This document shows, piece after piece, positions 14,267 to 29,074 of a stretch of 64,000 nt of DNA. Source of the DNA: Balanoglossus misakiensis. Taxonomy: Eukaryota > Animalia > Hemichordata. A program made the position numbers and the translations under genes. Within the stretch, counting starts at the first letter, position 1. The number at the start of each line of letters is the position of its first letter. The DNA lies in contig CM082592.2 in the NCBI GenBank assembly GCA_040954595.2, positions 4,542,735 through 4,606,734 of the forward strand, given 5' to 3'. A model generated the notes under the pieces. That model ran no database searches. It had not been told where the DNA came from and saw only the letters and a list, made by a program, of their open reading frames with translations.

Positions 14267-17200
14267 AAACATGAAAGAGCAAAAAAGATTATTTAGGTTA
14301 ATACTGATAGAATGAATGATTGGGCTATTTTCTGTACCTTTTGTGTGGTATGTAAATGTGATCTTAGTGTTTTATTCTCACACCTGTTCAAGCGTTTAGA
14401 AGGTGCTGCACAAATTTAAAGCACCACCACCACTAGGCCTTAGCAGAGATACATGTATTGTTTTTGTGTTCAGTTGTGTAGGTAATGAAGTGCAAGGCCC
14501 ATTGGCTATGTATCCCCCAGCAGAAGACAACTACGGTCTTGATGCCTGTAGCATTCTGTGCCTACACACCAGTCCCCCAGTGCTGGCCATAGCTACGTCA
14601 TCTGGTAATGTGTATCACAGCATTGCACTCGGCAAAGGGGAAGATGATGACACACAGGTAAAATTGATAACCACAGTGCTGATCGTCACACGGTTTTCAA
14701 ATGGGTTAGCACAGTTCTGACCCACGGCTAACCTGGGTTAGCCCTGTTAGCACCTCATTGTCATTTTGCATTGTGTAGGGTGTTGACCACTGTATTTGAT
14801 ATATAGAACAAAAATATGGAAAACAATGACAATTTACAGGTATTGTCCCATATAATGCATAATCTGAGCAGACTACTGGTATTCTCCATTTACAGAGTTG
14901 GAGTGAAAACAGAAGTTACAGACAGGAACCAGAGTTGACACTCTATGTTTACGAAAAAGTCGAGTTAGATTTGTTGCTCTCCGTTGATGAGGAAGAGGAA
15001 GATGTACCCTGTCCGATTTTACTACACAGAGGTGAATAAACTTTTGATTCTGTGGTACTGTACATTTATTGTGGCAGCAGGGGTTGAAAAAGGGTAACAA
15101 TTTTGGCTTAATCTTTTTTTTTGTAGATCCAGTGTCATCTGACCGCTACCACTGTTCGCACAGTGCAGGAGTCCACAGTGTGCTGGTAACCTGGCTTGGT
15201 ATGCTGGAGGAAATATGTCGTAAGTAACCTCTTTAAGACAAGCCAGTCTCACTGCTATCTTCCCCAGTCAGTTCCTGTACCAACTTGCACAAAATTAATA
15301 TCCAATTACCCCTTCCACCACAACTTTGGCTCGTTCGTATTGTCCTCAATGGTTTGGTTGGCTCCATGTGTCGGGTAGGAGTGGTGGGGATCAGAGGGTG
15401 GAAGCTGAAAGCCTGCTTTCTCGTCAGAGAATAGAGTTGCAACAGCCATGCTCTTATACAATGTGACAAGATAGCAGTGAATGTAACAAACAATGAGCCT
15501 TATTAAAGTCAGTGAGTTTTTCATGATGTAATTTTCTGACCCCCCCCCCCCCCCCCAATAAAATTGCAGGTTCTGATGGTGACACTGGTTTGCAAGAGTT
15601 CAGGCAGGACCAGTCGTGTACAGCAGAGCATTTGGTGTGTACGAGGCCAACAGCTGGAAGGTAGGTGAAATTGGCTGACTCTGTACTTTGTTTTATTGAT
15701 CATCATCTTATCGTAAGCCCTTTGGTGGAATGGTTCAAGTCCGGACTAGAATTCATTTGTCAACAACAAACAATAGTCATTACACATGCACTTGTTGTGT
15801 TTGACAACCAGAATACTGGGCATTTTATCGCAATCCTTTTTTTGGAGATCAACAAATGACATATTATAATTTGCACTTCACATTAACAGCATTCCAGACC
15901 CAGTCCAAGGTTTTTGCATCGTGAGTGAGAAGTTGTTAGGTTTGACCCTGATTTGCCTGACGTCCAGTGTGGAGTGTATTTCCCTACCGCTTGTGTGAGT
16001 ACAATTTAAACTTTGTTTTAGATGATAATGATGACTGTGTTCTTCCAAAGCTAGTGATTCTGTTCCAATTGATGAAACCTGCTGAAACTCCAGCATTTAC
16101 AGTTCTGTCTTAATTTTGTACGCAGAAGTACATATGACACATCGTCACGTCCGCTCTCATCCTCCACATCATCACAGTCCCGTGCCGGCTTGTCGCCACT
16201 GGGCAAACTACACTCCGAGCCATTCGACAAACACATCAGGAAAATACTGCAGAGGAAAACGTCTAATCCAGTACTTCGGTAAGTAGGAGTCCATTTTCAT
16301 AATTTCTGTGGTTTTATTTTCTTTGAGAGGTCCTTCCTGTAATGCGCAATTGTATTCATGGCCCCCGGATGACCTGCGACCTGATGTGTGCATCCAAGGT
16401 CCCTTTTAGGTGGTGGGTGTGTTTTTTGCTTCATAGTCCTCTTTCCAAAGCACCTACCTTAGTGAATTTGCAAATTGTCAAGACAGATTTCTTGAAGCAT
16501 ACAGGTTGAACGCTTTATTTATTAACAACTATAGACAGAATATCTGAGATGAAAAGAAAAATGCTAATAATGGATATCCCAGACATTTATGGAAAAACAA
16601 TCATATTGCTTGCCAGATATGTTCATATGTTAATTTTGCGTAGATGTGTGTTTGGTGAAAATGTATTTCACTTCAGCGAGAGCCTATATTTCGCACTGGT
16701 AATCTGTGCAATCTTTACTGTACAGGTCCCATTCGAGAACGGAAATCTCACAACAAGAGATCTTGCAGATCTTAAGCCGGGCAACTCAGATCTTCCGCGA
16801 GGAGTACATACTGAAGCAAGAGACTGCCAGAGAGGAGATTGCCAAAAGGTGAGATTTCTTTTTTTTCCAGAATAAGAGTATCGAACAGAGACTATCAACA
16901 GGTAAACCAAGTCCAAGTTGTCAGATAAGCTGTTTACTGACTTCATTTTCCAACTTGCATTGGTCCATCTAAATACACTTACTGATAGGTATACAGGAAC
17001 ACCTTATCGATGCCCGATTGTGGCTGTATGTAGCGATTTGAACACGCTATGTATTAAAACGGTGCCACACCGATTTAATCAGCCTCCATACAAACAGTAC
17101 GCAGCTATCGTGGTATGTGTCGCCAATAGATGACAAACTGATGCAAAAGCAAGTAATATGGCTTAAAGTAATGGTGAGGATTTTAGAGGATAGGGAATAT

Positions 17201-18616
17201 ATTTGAAGTATTTTATTTTGGAAAAAAATAGTGAAATTTGGCAGCTGTAGGGGCTTTAACACTGATGCAAATGTTGGGGTGGGGGGAATCATTAAATCTA
17301 TAAAATCACTGCTCCATGGCGTGTTAGTTTTGAAGATGGCTGAGTATTTCTCACGAGTGACTCACCGTTTGCTTTCCGCAGAATCCTAGTCTTGAGAGAC
17401 CAGAAAGAACAGCAACTGTCGGAACTGAGAGACTTTGAAGTCGAGAGGGAAGTAATCCAGGAAAAGGCGGAAGAGATTGCGGAGAAATTGGAAGGCGCAA
17501 AGGACACCCAGGAACATTTGCTACACAGGTAATGTGTGTGTTGAAAAGAGTGAGCCTACCCTACCGATGAAAAGAGTGAGCCTACCCTACCATATATAGT
17601 GAAATCATGGCTTTTTGTTGGACCTGTCAAAGATTGTAGTTCAACTTGATTGTAGTGACCTCGGTCTTTTGCCGTGTGTTTTTTTTCCATCAAACAGAAT
17701 TGAACATGTCCTGAGAAATTTAGAAACTCGGCTACCAACCCTGTCGGACGCCGAGAAGAATATGAAAAAGGAACTGTTGAAAATGGAGGAGAAATTGAAA
17801 CATTTGACGAACTCCCTGCAACAGGTAATTCCTCAAGTGGAACATTCATTCACCGTCTTTAGTTCAACTTTCACCCCTTCCTGTCTTTTACTATATCCCA
17901 GCTAGTCTATTATGGGGTCACACACGGCTTTTCCGGCCAGACCTGAGCTGCTGTAAGGATTAACACCTCTCCGCAACCCAATGTCTATGGGGCCCCCGAG
18001 CCTCAGCGCCTATACATAAACTTTGTGCGTGTGGGGACACAACGCGACTCAAAGGATTAATGCTCTGTGTTCACCATAGGCTAATAGTGTCTCAAATTTT
18101 ACCCTGTCCGAATCTGGTAATGTCTCAAATTTGTAAATATGTTTGTTTATTTCCGATTCGATATCTGCAGGCAAAGCTGAAGCAAACATACCAGCAGAGG
18201 CAGATCTCACAAAGCGAGCGGGTGGGCCGAGCCAGGGTCTTGACTCCAAAACAGGCTTCAAGAATACGAACCATACTGAAGGAAGAGTAAGTAGAATTTT
18301 TTTTTAAACCCCTCTTGTCAGTTTCAGGACTGCTTATACACAAAAAAGGCAGAGTGGTCAGTTGTGTTTAGCTGTCTACATCCCAATGTAGTGGTCAGTT
18401 TGGTTACGACATCTTGACAAAATAACAAGTCATAAATTTTTTTTTTTTTTTAAATCTGCTTTTCTGTGTGTGATAAGCTTTTACCGGTTGACTGTAAAGA
18501 TAATGGTTGATGATGTCATTTCTTACACTTTTTTTGCCCTTACACATTTCAGCGGAGACAAAATCGGTGGCCTCATCAAAGAAGTGAACAGTTTGAAGTC
18601 TGTAGCTGGGAACTGA
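12191..18616 (+). CDS. NUP88: Nuclear pore complex protein Nup88, 15 coding exons
   Basis: Exons about 12191-12418, 13031-13200, 13383-13508, 13726-13992, 14474-14657, 14896-15031, 15127-15219, 15570-15660, 15890-15994, 16126-16278, 16726-16848, 17382-17528, 17698-17824, 18171-18286 and 18553-18616 splice in frame. Typical Nup88 motifs: [60 protein letters not shown], and a C-terminal coiled coil ([12 protein letters not shown]). Confidence 0.93.
12630..12717 (+). repeat. (CAT)n microsatellite, NUP88 intron 1
   Basis: Direct reading of the sequence. Confidence 0.95.
14112..14264 (+). repeat. (GAT)n microsatellite, NUP88 intron 4
   Basis: Direct reading; it explains the poly-D/M/H/I ORFs in the ORF track. 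Confidence 0.95.
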
Positions 18617-19881
18617 CGACCTCATCTTTGTGGATGGATTGGAGGAATGCTGCCAGTTTGACCCTCTCACCCCCATTTCCCCAGTGCAGTGGTCCAACCA
18701 TATAGGATCGAACCAAATTGCAGTGGTGAAAGGGGGTTAGACCGTGGATCTCATCGCATCGAAATTTGATGTGAAATTCACCGTTGGAGAGACATTGTAT
18801 ATTTACTACTGAAAAGACTTAAAACCACTGATCGATCGAAATTTAAAGTGAAATTCTCCTCTGGAGATGCACTGTATATTCCTTACTAAAAAACTCATGA
18901 AAAACAGTGCAAAATTGTGGAACCGTCTACATAAATTGTAATTGTTGTGAGAAACACTATGAACTCTTGCAGATATATAGAGCCTCTGTTTACAGCACAC
19001 AATTGCAATAGTGATATTTCTTCTCAGACAATAAAGGATTATCTGATTTTCTGAATAACCAGACTTGGTGACAAGATTTATGTCATAATCACTAAATGCC
19101 TGTGTGCATTGGCACCTTGATCTAGCTTGTTACAAAGGGGATATATACATGTACAATAAAACTTGAAACTAATCCACAGACAGAACTGCTGTAGGCCATG
19201 TGTGAAAAGTATAAGCACCTCTTATTGGACACTGTGGGACAGAGGCAATCAGGTGTCCTTTGTCAGCATGGGGTCTGTCCGATTTCTGTGGGCCAACTTG
19301 TTAAACATTTTTCAATGTTGTATAGTACCAAGATCCAGATCTGATTAGATTTTAATGAGTACGGTGTCCACAACTAGGATTAATTTGAATAACTATTTTG
19401 GTGCCTGTGAAGAGTATTTCAAAGACTCAAATTTAAAGTGGACATAATTTTGCAAACACTGTGATCATACCAGGGTCCAGGAAAATATTCTCAGCAATAT
19501 GAACAGTGCCCCCACACGACACCTGGGAAGCATTAAAAAGTCATCAATGACGTAGTAGCATAGACAGAATCGGGCATGGCATTATTACCTCAATTGCACC
19601 TGGTATGGGTATTGTAAGTATTGCTGTGACTGCAGGTACTATGGTCGGCTGATGAGACAGTAATATACATGTAGAACTAGAAACTTAAAAACCTTTCTTC
19701 CAAGCTCGCCTGTGATAGTCTCCCCCGCTCCCTGCCTCCCTCTCATTCCCTCCCTCTCCATTGTTTTAGACATAAGCACAGCCTGTTTCATATTCACCAC
19801 TTTATTGCTTCCCTGGATCGTCCAAAAATACTACATATGTATAAATAGACATTTCAACCTATTCTACTTTACTCTATGATC

Positions 19882-21010
19882 TCAAAACCAGGAGTGTACA
19901 GGGTGGTAGTGCTTGCAGAAATAATGCAGTTCGTCCAGATGAGCCCTGAAGGAACAGTACTCCACGTCCGTGGAAAACGTCACTTCACCTGGTGGTTCCC
20001 AATACAGATTCCCGGAAAGTCTCTCCGGACAAGTCTGTGTGGAGAAAAACAATTGCCAGGTCACCATTGCGTCACAAATAAATGAAAGCATAACGCACAC
20101 CTATATATATATGCACTATATAAATGCACAGTAAAATAGAGACACCACAGCGCACGCGCAGTGGGGAAAGAAGTATTGAAACCTCTGAGTTATTTAATAT
20201 TTCTCATGAACTTACATCCATGTGTTCGCATACTGCTTTAAGCATATTGCCCGTGTAGTATTCTACTGTACATTTTAAGCACTCGCTGATCGGCTCATCG
20301 CCAAGCTCCGTCCCCTGCGAAATACATTTGTGACAAAGATGTATGGGCATGTCGGTTTTAAATTTCGGATCATATCACTGTGTCAGAGTATATCGAATTT
20401 GGTTGGACTCTTTATTTTTGTCAATTGTCCGGTTGTTGAACCTCGAAAATCAAAATATTATACTTTCCCCCATTTTTCCCTTTCTCGAATGCTATTCCAC
20501 ACTGTGGGATCAACAAATGTGATTGAAGTCTGACCTAAACCGACTGTTATATTTGGGGGGATGAAGACTATTTTTATTTCTTGAACGAGTACTTTTAACC
20601 ATATTCTAATAGGGAGAAGTGTGAATCCATGTGCGGAGGAAGTCTGTCATTATGAGTGTGTCACTGATGAGCGAACATAGCAACCTATAATTTGGACTTA
20701 CCAGGTCAATCGTGTCAAGCCTGTCACGTACAACTGCCATGGATCTATACGACTTCGCTGGGCCGATATATTGACCAACAGCCAGGTAAGTATTGAAGGT
20801 TTTCACCAGGCGTTCGTTTTCCAACTTGTCGGGCAGAGCTAGCAACTCGTCGAAACAGCCGATATCTGTCTCCGCGATCACATTGTACACGGCGTCATCG
20901 TAAATCTTGTACGACGACGACGTGCATACCCATGGCTGCGAATGGAACGGCTGGTCAACACTACAACTGGCCAACGCCAGAAGTGATAGTACGACAACAA
21001 CGAGCTTCAT
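19882..21010 (-). CDS. Uncharacterised secreted cysteine-rich protein, array copy 1 (186 aa)
   Basis: Exons 21010-20702, 20314-20216 and 20034-19882 with phase-0 GT-AG introns. Signal peptide MKLVVVVLSLLALASCS; 8 Cys in the mature part; intact frame conserved in 5 paralogs. Confidence 0.85.
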
Positions 21011-21494
21011 TGTCACGAGTTGCCTGAAAACGTTAAACAGATTTACTTCATAACTTTTTATGTCTTTTTTTTTTTTGACAAGAGGATGTGTTGATCTTAT
21101 TATCAGATAATATGGCATGTCACAAACAAAGAGAAACGTGACAAAACAAGGAAATTGACGATGAAACTGAAGAGAACAGAAATAGACCTTGAAAAGACAA
21201 GACAAGGGGCAGAAATGACAACAATTTCCCTCCCGATAGTTCCACCTGTAGCCCCCCCCCCCCCCATCTGTGAATAAAATTCCAAGTCAACATTTGTCCA
21301 CTGCCTACTCCCTACAAATCGACTCTTGCAACACAGCTTAACTATTCAACATCATGCCTATTTAATCAAACTACCATATGTTCGGCAAATGTTTAAGATA
21401 AAAAAGGCCACGAACAGAGAAACAGGAACATATAACGGTTAACATTTAAATGAAACAAAGTCTTCTATCCGATGTATAACTACGTCTAACTTAC

Positions 21495-21640
21495 CAAGTC
21501 TGCACAGTTGTTCGTCGAATTGGAACAAGACTAAAACTGAATATTGCCCTAGAATAAATACCGTGTTTCTAAATATCTTATTGAAAAGAATTTTATTGTA
21601 TGTTATTCTTGTACATGTTTCCTTTATACGAGTGGGTAAT
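21495..21640 (-). promoter_or_regulatory. Putative promoter and non-coding first exon of array copy 1 (conserved in all five copies)
   Basis: Minus-strand donor GCAGACTTG|GTAAGT at 21495, 24420, 27496, 30709 and 33438. It is preceded ~100-150 bp upstream by ATTACCCAC(C/T)CGTATAAA, a CACCC box plus TATA. An acceptor lies 13 nt before each ATG. Confidence 0.6.
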
Positions 21641-22550
21641 AAAATTCATTTAAAACTGTGTTCTGGGGACAACGGAATTGTGGGTTGTTCATTGAGGATA
21701 ACCACTGCATTTTTTGAATGATAATCTTTTGAGGGAAAAAAACTAGTCAGAGGTCATAACAGAGGACAAGGTGACTAACCTGCACTGGAAGAGGATTGGC
21801 GGGATAAAATAATATAAAATATATATTATTGAAATCAAACAATAACGGATAAAAATTTAAAAAGCATTTCATCTTATTCAAATGATTCAACCGGACGAGC
21901 TTTATCAATTCGGGCAAACGAGATAGAAGTATATCTATTTCATCTATTTCTCGTTGGAAAAAAAGTATTTTGGTAGAGCGAATACAGCCTATTATATTGA
22001 GTTTATTTTGTACATTAACAAAATAAGCGGGTGGTTTGTAAGCTATTAAATGGTTAGAAGCCAGTGAATAAGAAAAAAAAACTTTTTCATTGGTTTATTT
22101 TTGGAATATTGGACATAGTGCCGCAGTTAATGAAAATCTCTCTTTTGTGGATAGTTTAGTCGGATTAAAAACATTTCGATTTCACTGCATAGGTTGAATA
22201 ATATGGGCTGCTTATTTGACCAAACAGTACACTCCCGTGGGAAGTAATTACGTCGGTCCCGGTGAAGACCAATATTTCCCCAAATTTCAATGTTTACATA
22301 TCATGTGTGAATATTTGCTACTAGCTCAGGTGGTAAATTGACGCTCATAACGTTACAGTATGTTTAAAAGGGACATACTGGTACTTCACTAAAATTGGGC
22401 CATGTAACCAATTCGTCTCCAAAGGTTCAGTACAGCTGTCACGTCATAGTTTTCAAACAACCCTGCTCACAATTTTCCAAAGGAAACTGTTTATTGCATT
22501 ACCTGCTACGAGACTGTGTGTTATCTTCCTCCCTCCCTCTCCCCCCCCCC

Positions 22551-22586
22551 TGTCTCTCTCTCTGTCTCTCTGTCTCTGCCTCTCTG

Positions 22587-22671
<85 letters not shown>

Positions 22672-22692
22672 CTCTCTACCTCTCTCTACCTC
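22551..22692 (+). repeat. (CT)n microsatellite downstream of array copy 2
   Basis: Direct reading. Confidence 0.95.
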
Positions 22693-22826
22693 TATACCCC
22701 TACGTTGTCCAGTAAGTAAAACACAAAAACACGTCTATTGTTTTGTAATCATTTCTTTATTTCTTCCCTGGAGCACGCAATGGAAGGCACCAGAATCTAA
22801 ACTATTAATAACCACTTCAATTCATC

Positions 22827-23933
22827 TCAATACCAGGAGTGTAGAGGGTGGTAGCGCTTGCAGAAATAATGCGGTTCGTCCTGGTGAGCCCTGAAGGAAC
22901 AGTACTCCATTTCCGTGGAAAACGTCACTTCACCTGGTGGTTCCCAATACAGATTCCCGGAAAGTCTCTCCGGACAAGTCTGTGCGGAGAAAAACAATTG
23001 CCAGGTCACCATTGTGTTACAAATAAATGAAAGCATAACGCACACCTATATGTATATATGCACTATAAATGCACAGTAAAATAGAGACACCAGAGCGCAT
23101 GCGCAGTGGGGAAAGATGCATTCAAACATGAGTGATTATTTCTCGTGAACTTACGTCCATGCGTTCGCATACTGCTTTAAGCATATTGCCCGTGTAGTAT
23201 TCCATTGTACAACTTAAGCACTCGCTGATCGGCTCATCGTCAAGCTCCGTCCCCTGTAAAATACATTTGTGACAGAGTTTATGGACATGTCGGTTTAAAA
23301 TTGTGGATCATATCACTGTGTCAGAGTATATAGAATTTGGTTGAACTCTTTATTTTTGTCATTTGTCCGGTTGTTGAACCTCGAAAATCAAAATATTATA
23401 CTTTCCCCCCTTTTTTTTCCTTTCTCGAATGCTATTCCACACTGTGGGATCAACAAATGTGATTGAAGTCTGACCTAAACCGACTGTTATATTTGGGGGG
23501 ATGAAGAATATTTTTATTTCATGAACGAGTACTTTTAACCATATTCTAAAAGGGCGAAGTATGAATCAAAATGCGGGGGGAAATGTGTCATGAACGAACA
23601 TAGCAACCTATAACTTGAACTTACCAGGTCAATCGTGTCAAGCCTGTCACGTACAACTGCAAAGGATCTACACGACTTCGTTGGGCCGATGTATTGACCA
23701 ACAGCCAAGTAAGTGTTGAAGGTTTTCACCAGGCGTTCATTTTCCAACCTGTCAGGCAGAGCTAGCAACTCGTCGAAACAGTCAATATGTGCTACCACGT
23801 TCACGTTGTAAATGGCGTCATCGTAAATCTTATACGACAACGTAGTGCATACCCATGGCTGCGAATGGAACGGCTGGTCAACACTACAACTGGCCAACGC
23901 CAGAAATGATAGTACGACAACAACGAGCTTCAT
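22827..23933 (-). CDS. Uncharacterised secreted cysteine-rich protein, array copy 2
   Basis: Exons 23933-23625, 23253-23155 and 22979-22827; same structure as copy 1, with one extra Cys (KSCRS). Confidence 0.85.
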
Positions 23934-25478
23934 AGTCACGAGTTGCCTGAAAACGTTAAACAGATATACTTCATAACTTTTTATCTGTTTTTTTTTGACA
24001 AGAGGAAATGTTGATCTTATTATCAGATAATATGGCATAGCACAAAATAGGAGAAACATGACAAAACAAGGAAATGGACGATGAAACTGAAGAGAACAGA
24101 AATAGACATTGAAAAGACAAGACAAGGGGCAGAAATAACAACCATTTGCTTATATCTCCCCCTCCCGATAGTTCCATCTGTAGCCCACCCATCTGTGAAT
24201 AAAATTCCAAGTCAACATTTGTCCACTGCCTACTCCCTACAAATCGACTCTTGCAACACAGCTTAACTATTCAACATCATGCCTATTTAATCAAACTACC
24301 ATATGTTCGGCAAATGTTTAAGATAAAAAAGGCCACGAACAGAGAAACAGGAACATATAACGGTTAACATTTAAATGAAACAAAGTCTTCTATCCGATGT
24401 ATAACTACGTCTAACTTACCAAGTCTGCACAGTTGTTCGTCGAATTGGAACAAGACTAAAACTGAATATTGCCCTAGAATAAATACCGTGTTTCTAAATA
24501 TCTTACTGAAAAGAATTTTATTGTATGTTATTCTTGTACATGTTTCCTTTATACGGGTGGGTAATAAAATTCATTTAAAACTGTGTTCTGGGGACAACGG
24601 AATTGTGGGTTGTTCATTGAGGATAACCACTGCATTTTTTGAATGATAATCTTTTGAGGGAAAAAAACTAGTCAGAGGTCATAACAGAGGACAAGGTGAC
24701 TAACCTGCACTGGAAGAGGATTGGCGGGATAAAATAATATAAAATATATATTATTGAAATCAAACAATAACGGATAAAAATTTAAAAAGCATTTCATCTT
24801 ATTCAAATGATTCAACCGGACGAGCTTTATCAATTCGGGCAAACGAGATAGAAGTATATCTATTTCATCTATTTCTCGTTGGAAAAAAAGTATTTTGGTA
24901 GAGCGAATACAGCCTATTATATTGAGTTTATTTTGTACATTAACAAAATAAGCGGGTGGTTTGTAAGCTATTAAATGGTTAGAAGCCAGTGAATAAGAAA
25001 AAAAACCCTTTTCATTGGTTTATTTTTGGAATATTGGACATAGTGCCGCAGTTAATGAAAATCTCTCTTTTGTGGACAGTTTAGTCGGATTAAAAACCTT
25101 TCGATTTCACTGCATAGGTTGAATAATATGGGCTGCTTATTTGACCAAACTGACAGTACACTCCTGTGGGAAGTAATCACGTCGGCCCCGGTGAAGACCA
25201 ATATTTCCCCAAATTTCAATGTTTACATATCATGTGTGAATATTTGCTACTAGCTCAGGTGGTAAATTGGCGCTCATAACGTTACAGTGTGTTTAAAAGG
25301 GACATACTGGTACTTCACTAAAATTGGGCCATGTAACCAATTCGTCTCCGAAGGTTCAGTACCGCTGTCACGTCATAGTTTTCAAACAACCCTGCTCACA
25401 ATTTTCCAAAGGAAACTGTTTATTGCATTACCTGCTACGAGACTGTGTGTTATCTTCCTCCCTCCCTCTCCCCCCCCC

Positions 25479-25655
<177 letters not shown>

Positions 25656-25800
25656 CTATACCCCTACGTTGTCCAGTAAGTAAAACACAAAAACACGTAT
25701 ATTGCTTTGTAATCATCACTTTAATTCTTCCCTGGAGCATGCACAGGATCGTACCAGAATCTAAACTATTAATAACCGTTTAAACTCATTATGCACGACC

Positions 25801-26827
25801 TCAATACCAGGAGTGTACAGGATGGTAGTGCTTGCAGAAATAATACATTTCATCCTGGTGAGTCGTGAAGGAACAGTACTCCACTTCCGTGGAAAACGTC
25901 ACTTCGCCTGGTGGTTCCCAGTACAGATTCCCGGAAAGTCTCTCCGGACAAGTCTGTGTGGAGAAAAAACACACACAATAGACAAGGCACCATGACGTCA
26001 CAAATAAAATGATGACGAGCATAAACGTAGTACCAGGGAGACAGGACAGCAAATGATTGCATTCAAATTGGGACTTTAACCAGATCACTTGTTTCTTGCG
26101 AACTTACCTCCATGTCTTTGCACACAACTTTATCGATGTTTCCAGTGTAGTATTCTACAGTACAACTTAAGCACTCCATGATCGGCTCTCCGTCAAGCTC
26201 CGTCCCCTGTAAAATACATTTTGTGACAAAGATGCATGGTGTTAATTACATTTGGGATATGCAAGTAAATAATACATTGTGGTTGGACTCTTAATTTTTT
26301 TGCCGTTTTTTGGCAGCGTTTTGAACGGTTGTCATTCACTGGCCAAGCCATGCAAACCATAAAAGGTTGTACACGTCTTCAATGGACACATGCATTATAA
26401 TTAGAGTGTAATGGGCAATCATGGTATTTTATAGACAGCGATTGTTTTGCGATATGATCCAATGCATCTATTATTCCAGTGCATCTTGTTAATCATAAAC
26501 AAACCCTTTGTAACTTACCAGGTCGGCTGTGTCCACCCTGTCACGTACAACACCCATCGATCTGAACGTTTTTGTTGGACCGATAAATTGACCAACAGCC
26601 AGGTAAGTGTGGAAGGTTTTCACCAGGCGTTCGTTTGCAAACATGTCGGGCAGAGCTAGCAACTCGTCGAAACAGCCGATATCTGCCTCTGCGATCACAT
26701 TGAACACGGTGTCATCGTAAATCTTGTACGACGACGAAGTGCATATCCATGGCTGCGAATGGAACGGCAGGTCAACACTACAACTGGCCAACGCCAGAAG
26801 TGATAGTACGACAACAACGAGCTTCAT
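25801..26827 (-). CDS. Uncharacterised secreted cysteine-rich protein, array copy 3
   Basis: Exons 26827-26519, 26206-26108 and 25953-25801; intact frame and splice sites. Confidence 0.85.
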
Positions 26828-28604
26828 TGTCACGAGTGGCCTGAAAACGTTAAACAGATATACATATACTTCATAACCTTTAATATTATCTATTATGTGA
26901 CAAGAGGAAATATGAGACATCAAATCAGGTCCAATAATCAATATCAGTCAAGGTAAGCTAATTACATGTACCAGGTGAAAGAAAGAAATAAGAGAAAAAT
27001 GACAATTTCAACAGGATCATCGGGAAACGTGATGAGAGTCATTTCGATGGTGGAAAGCTTGTCAGCTTGGTTACGTTCATTAACACAGTTCTCTCACACA
27101 ACGGACAAATATCGACGGTGAAATCTCGAGGACATGATTTTGGTTGTTAATACTTTGAAATTCAGGTAAAGTTCTGAAGCTATGTCAGACGACTGTCCCA
27201 AGATTACAAAGTGGACATGAATGACGCAGCTCCAACAGTCCATCTGTAGCCACCCCCATCTCCGAACAAAATTTCCACTCAACATTTGTCCACTGCCTAC
27301 TCCCTATACAAATCGACTCTTGCAACACAGCTTAACTATTCAACATCATGCCTATTTAACCAAAGTACCCTATGTTCGCCAAATGTTTAAAATAATAAAG
27401 GTCATATGATGTTAAACAGAGAAACGGGAACACAACTCTGTTGACATTTAAATGAAACAAAGTCTTCTATCCGATGTAACTACGTCTAAACTTACCAAGT
27501 CTGCGCAGTTGTTCGTCCGAGTTGGAAAATGAATACGGTTTAATATCTCCCCAGAATGAATACCGTGTTTCTAAATTTATTAATAAACAAAATTTATTAA
27601 TAAACAAAATTGATTGTGTTTTATTCTTGTACATGTTTCTTTTATACGGGTGGGTAATGAAATTCATCACAAGCTGTTTTTATGACAATGGAAATGCGCC
27701 ACATCACTCGATCAGATTGTGGGCGTTTTTTTCATAAGGATCGCGACTGCAAATTGTCAAATATTTCCCATCGCGTCTAATGTAACATGCTCCTCCAAAA
27801 TCAAAGTTTTAAACTGTCCCCTAAATTTTGCTCAATGCGATTTTAAATAAAAGGGGCCACCGTGAAAATTTAGAACAAGAGGAAATAAATGGTCTCATAT
27901 TTGAAATTCGAAATGACCGCCGGACTGTGTGTTAAGTCTGTGGGGAAAATTTAAAGTTATAATGATTTTTATGAAAACAAGACACTTACTAGTAATACCG
28001 TGTTCAGCCGGGTCAGAGAGAGAGTGTGTGTAGGGGCTAATCCCACGTAAATGATAACTTTTTGGTGAAAAAAAACTAGTCAGGGGTCATAACAGAGGTA
28101 AATTTGTCTCACCTGCACTGGCAGTGGATTTGGGGTCAAATAAAATAATAATAAAATATATTTTATATTTTATTATTATAAAATAATAATAAAATATATT
28201 GTATTAAAATCAAACAATAACTGATAAAATATTAAACAACGTTACATCTAATCCAACAAATGGTTCAACCTGACGATCGCGAGCTCTTTCAATTTGGCTA
28301 ACGAGATATAGTTACCACATGTCTCGTTGGAAAATAGTATTTGGGTAAAGCTACGTACTATACAGACTATTTAATTTGTACATTTAAAATAAAAATTATG
28401 CGGGTGGTTTGTAAGCTAGAAAATGGTTAGAGGCCAGTGAATAAGAAAAAAACTTTCATCGGTTTATTTTTGGAATAAAGGAAATAGTACCCGTGTCATT
28501 AAAATCTCTCTTTGTCCATAGTTTCGGGTTAAAGATCTGATATTGTCGATTTCATACACGACATTCTCTCTCTACCTCCCCCTCTCTCTCCCTACACCCC
28601 TCTC

Positions 28605-29074
28605 CGTCTGTCAGTCTGTTTGTCTGTCTGTCTGTCTGTCTCTCTCTGTATGTATGTATGTATGTATGTATGTATGTATGTATGTATGTATGTATGTATG
28701 TATGTATGTATGTATGTATGTATGTATGTATGTATGTATGTATGTATGTATGTATGTATGTATGTATGTATGTATGTATGTATGTATGTATGTATGTATG
28801 TATGTAGGTATGTATGTATGTATGTATGTATGTATGTATGTATGTATGTATGTATGTATGTATGTGTGTGTGTATGTATGTATGTATGTATGTATGTATG
28901 TATGTATGTATGTATGTATGTATGTATGTATGATTATGTATGTATGTATGTATGTATGTATGTATGTATGTATGTATGTATGTATGTATGTATGTATGTA
29001 TGTATGTATGTATGTATGTATGTATGTATGTATGTATGTATGTATGTATGTATCTATGTATCTATGTATCTATG

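Noticed and set aside
14019-14315. Poly-His/Asp/Met/Ile ORFs
   Set aside because: Translations of a (GAT)n microsatellite inside a NUP88 intron.
17543-17591. 26-bp tandem duplication in a NUP88 intron (similar short duplications near 42805-42880 and 59727-59773)
   Set aside because: Ordinary local slippage duplications with no evident function.
20606-21205. 199-aa single-exon ORF (and the equivalent ORFs in other array units) as complete proteins
   Set aside because: Both ends run into introns. Conservation among paralogs is limited to the segment from the MKLVV start to the GT donor, and two further exons complete the gene.
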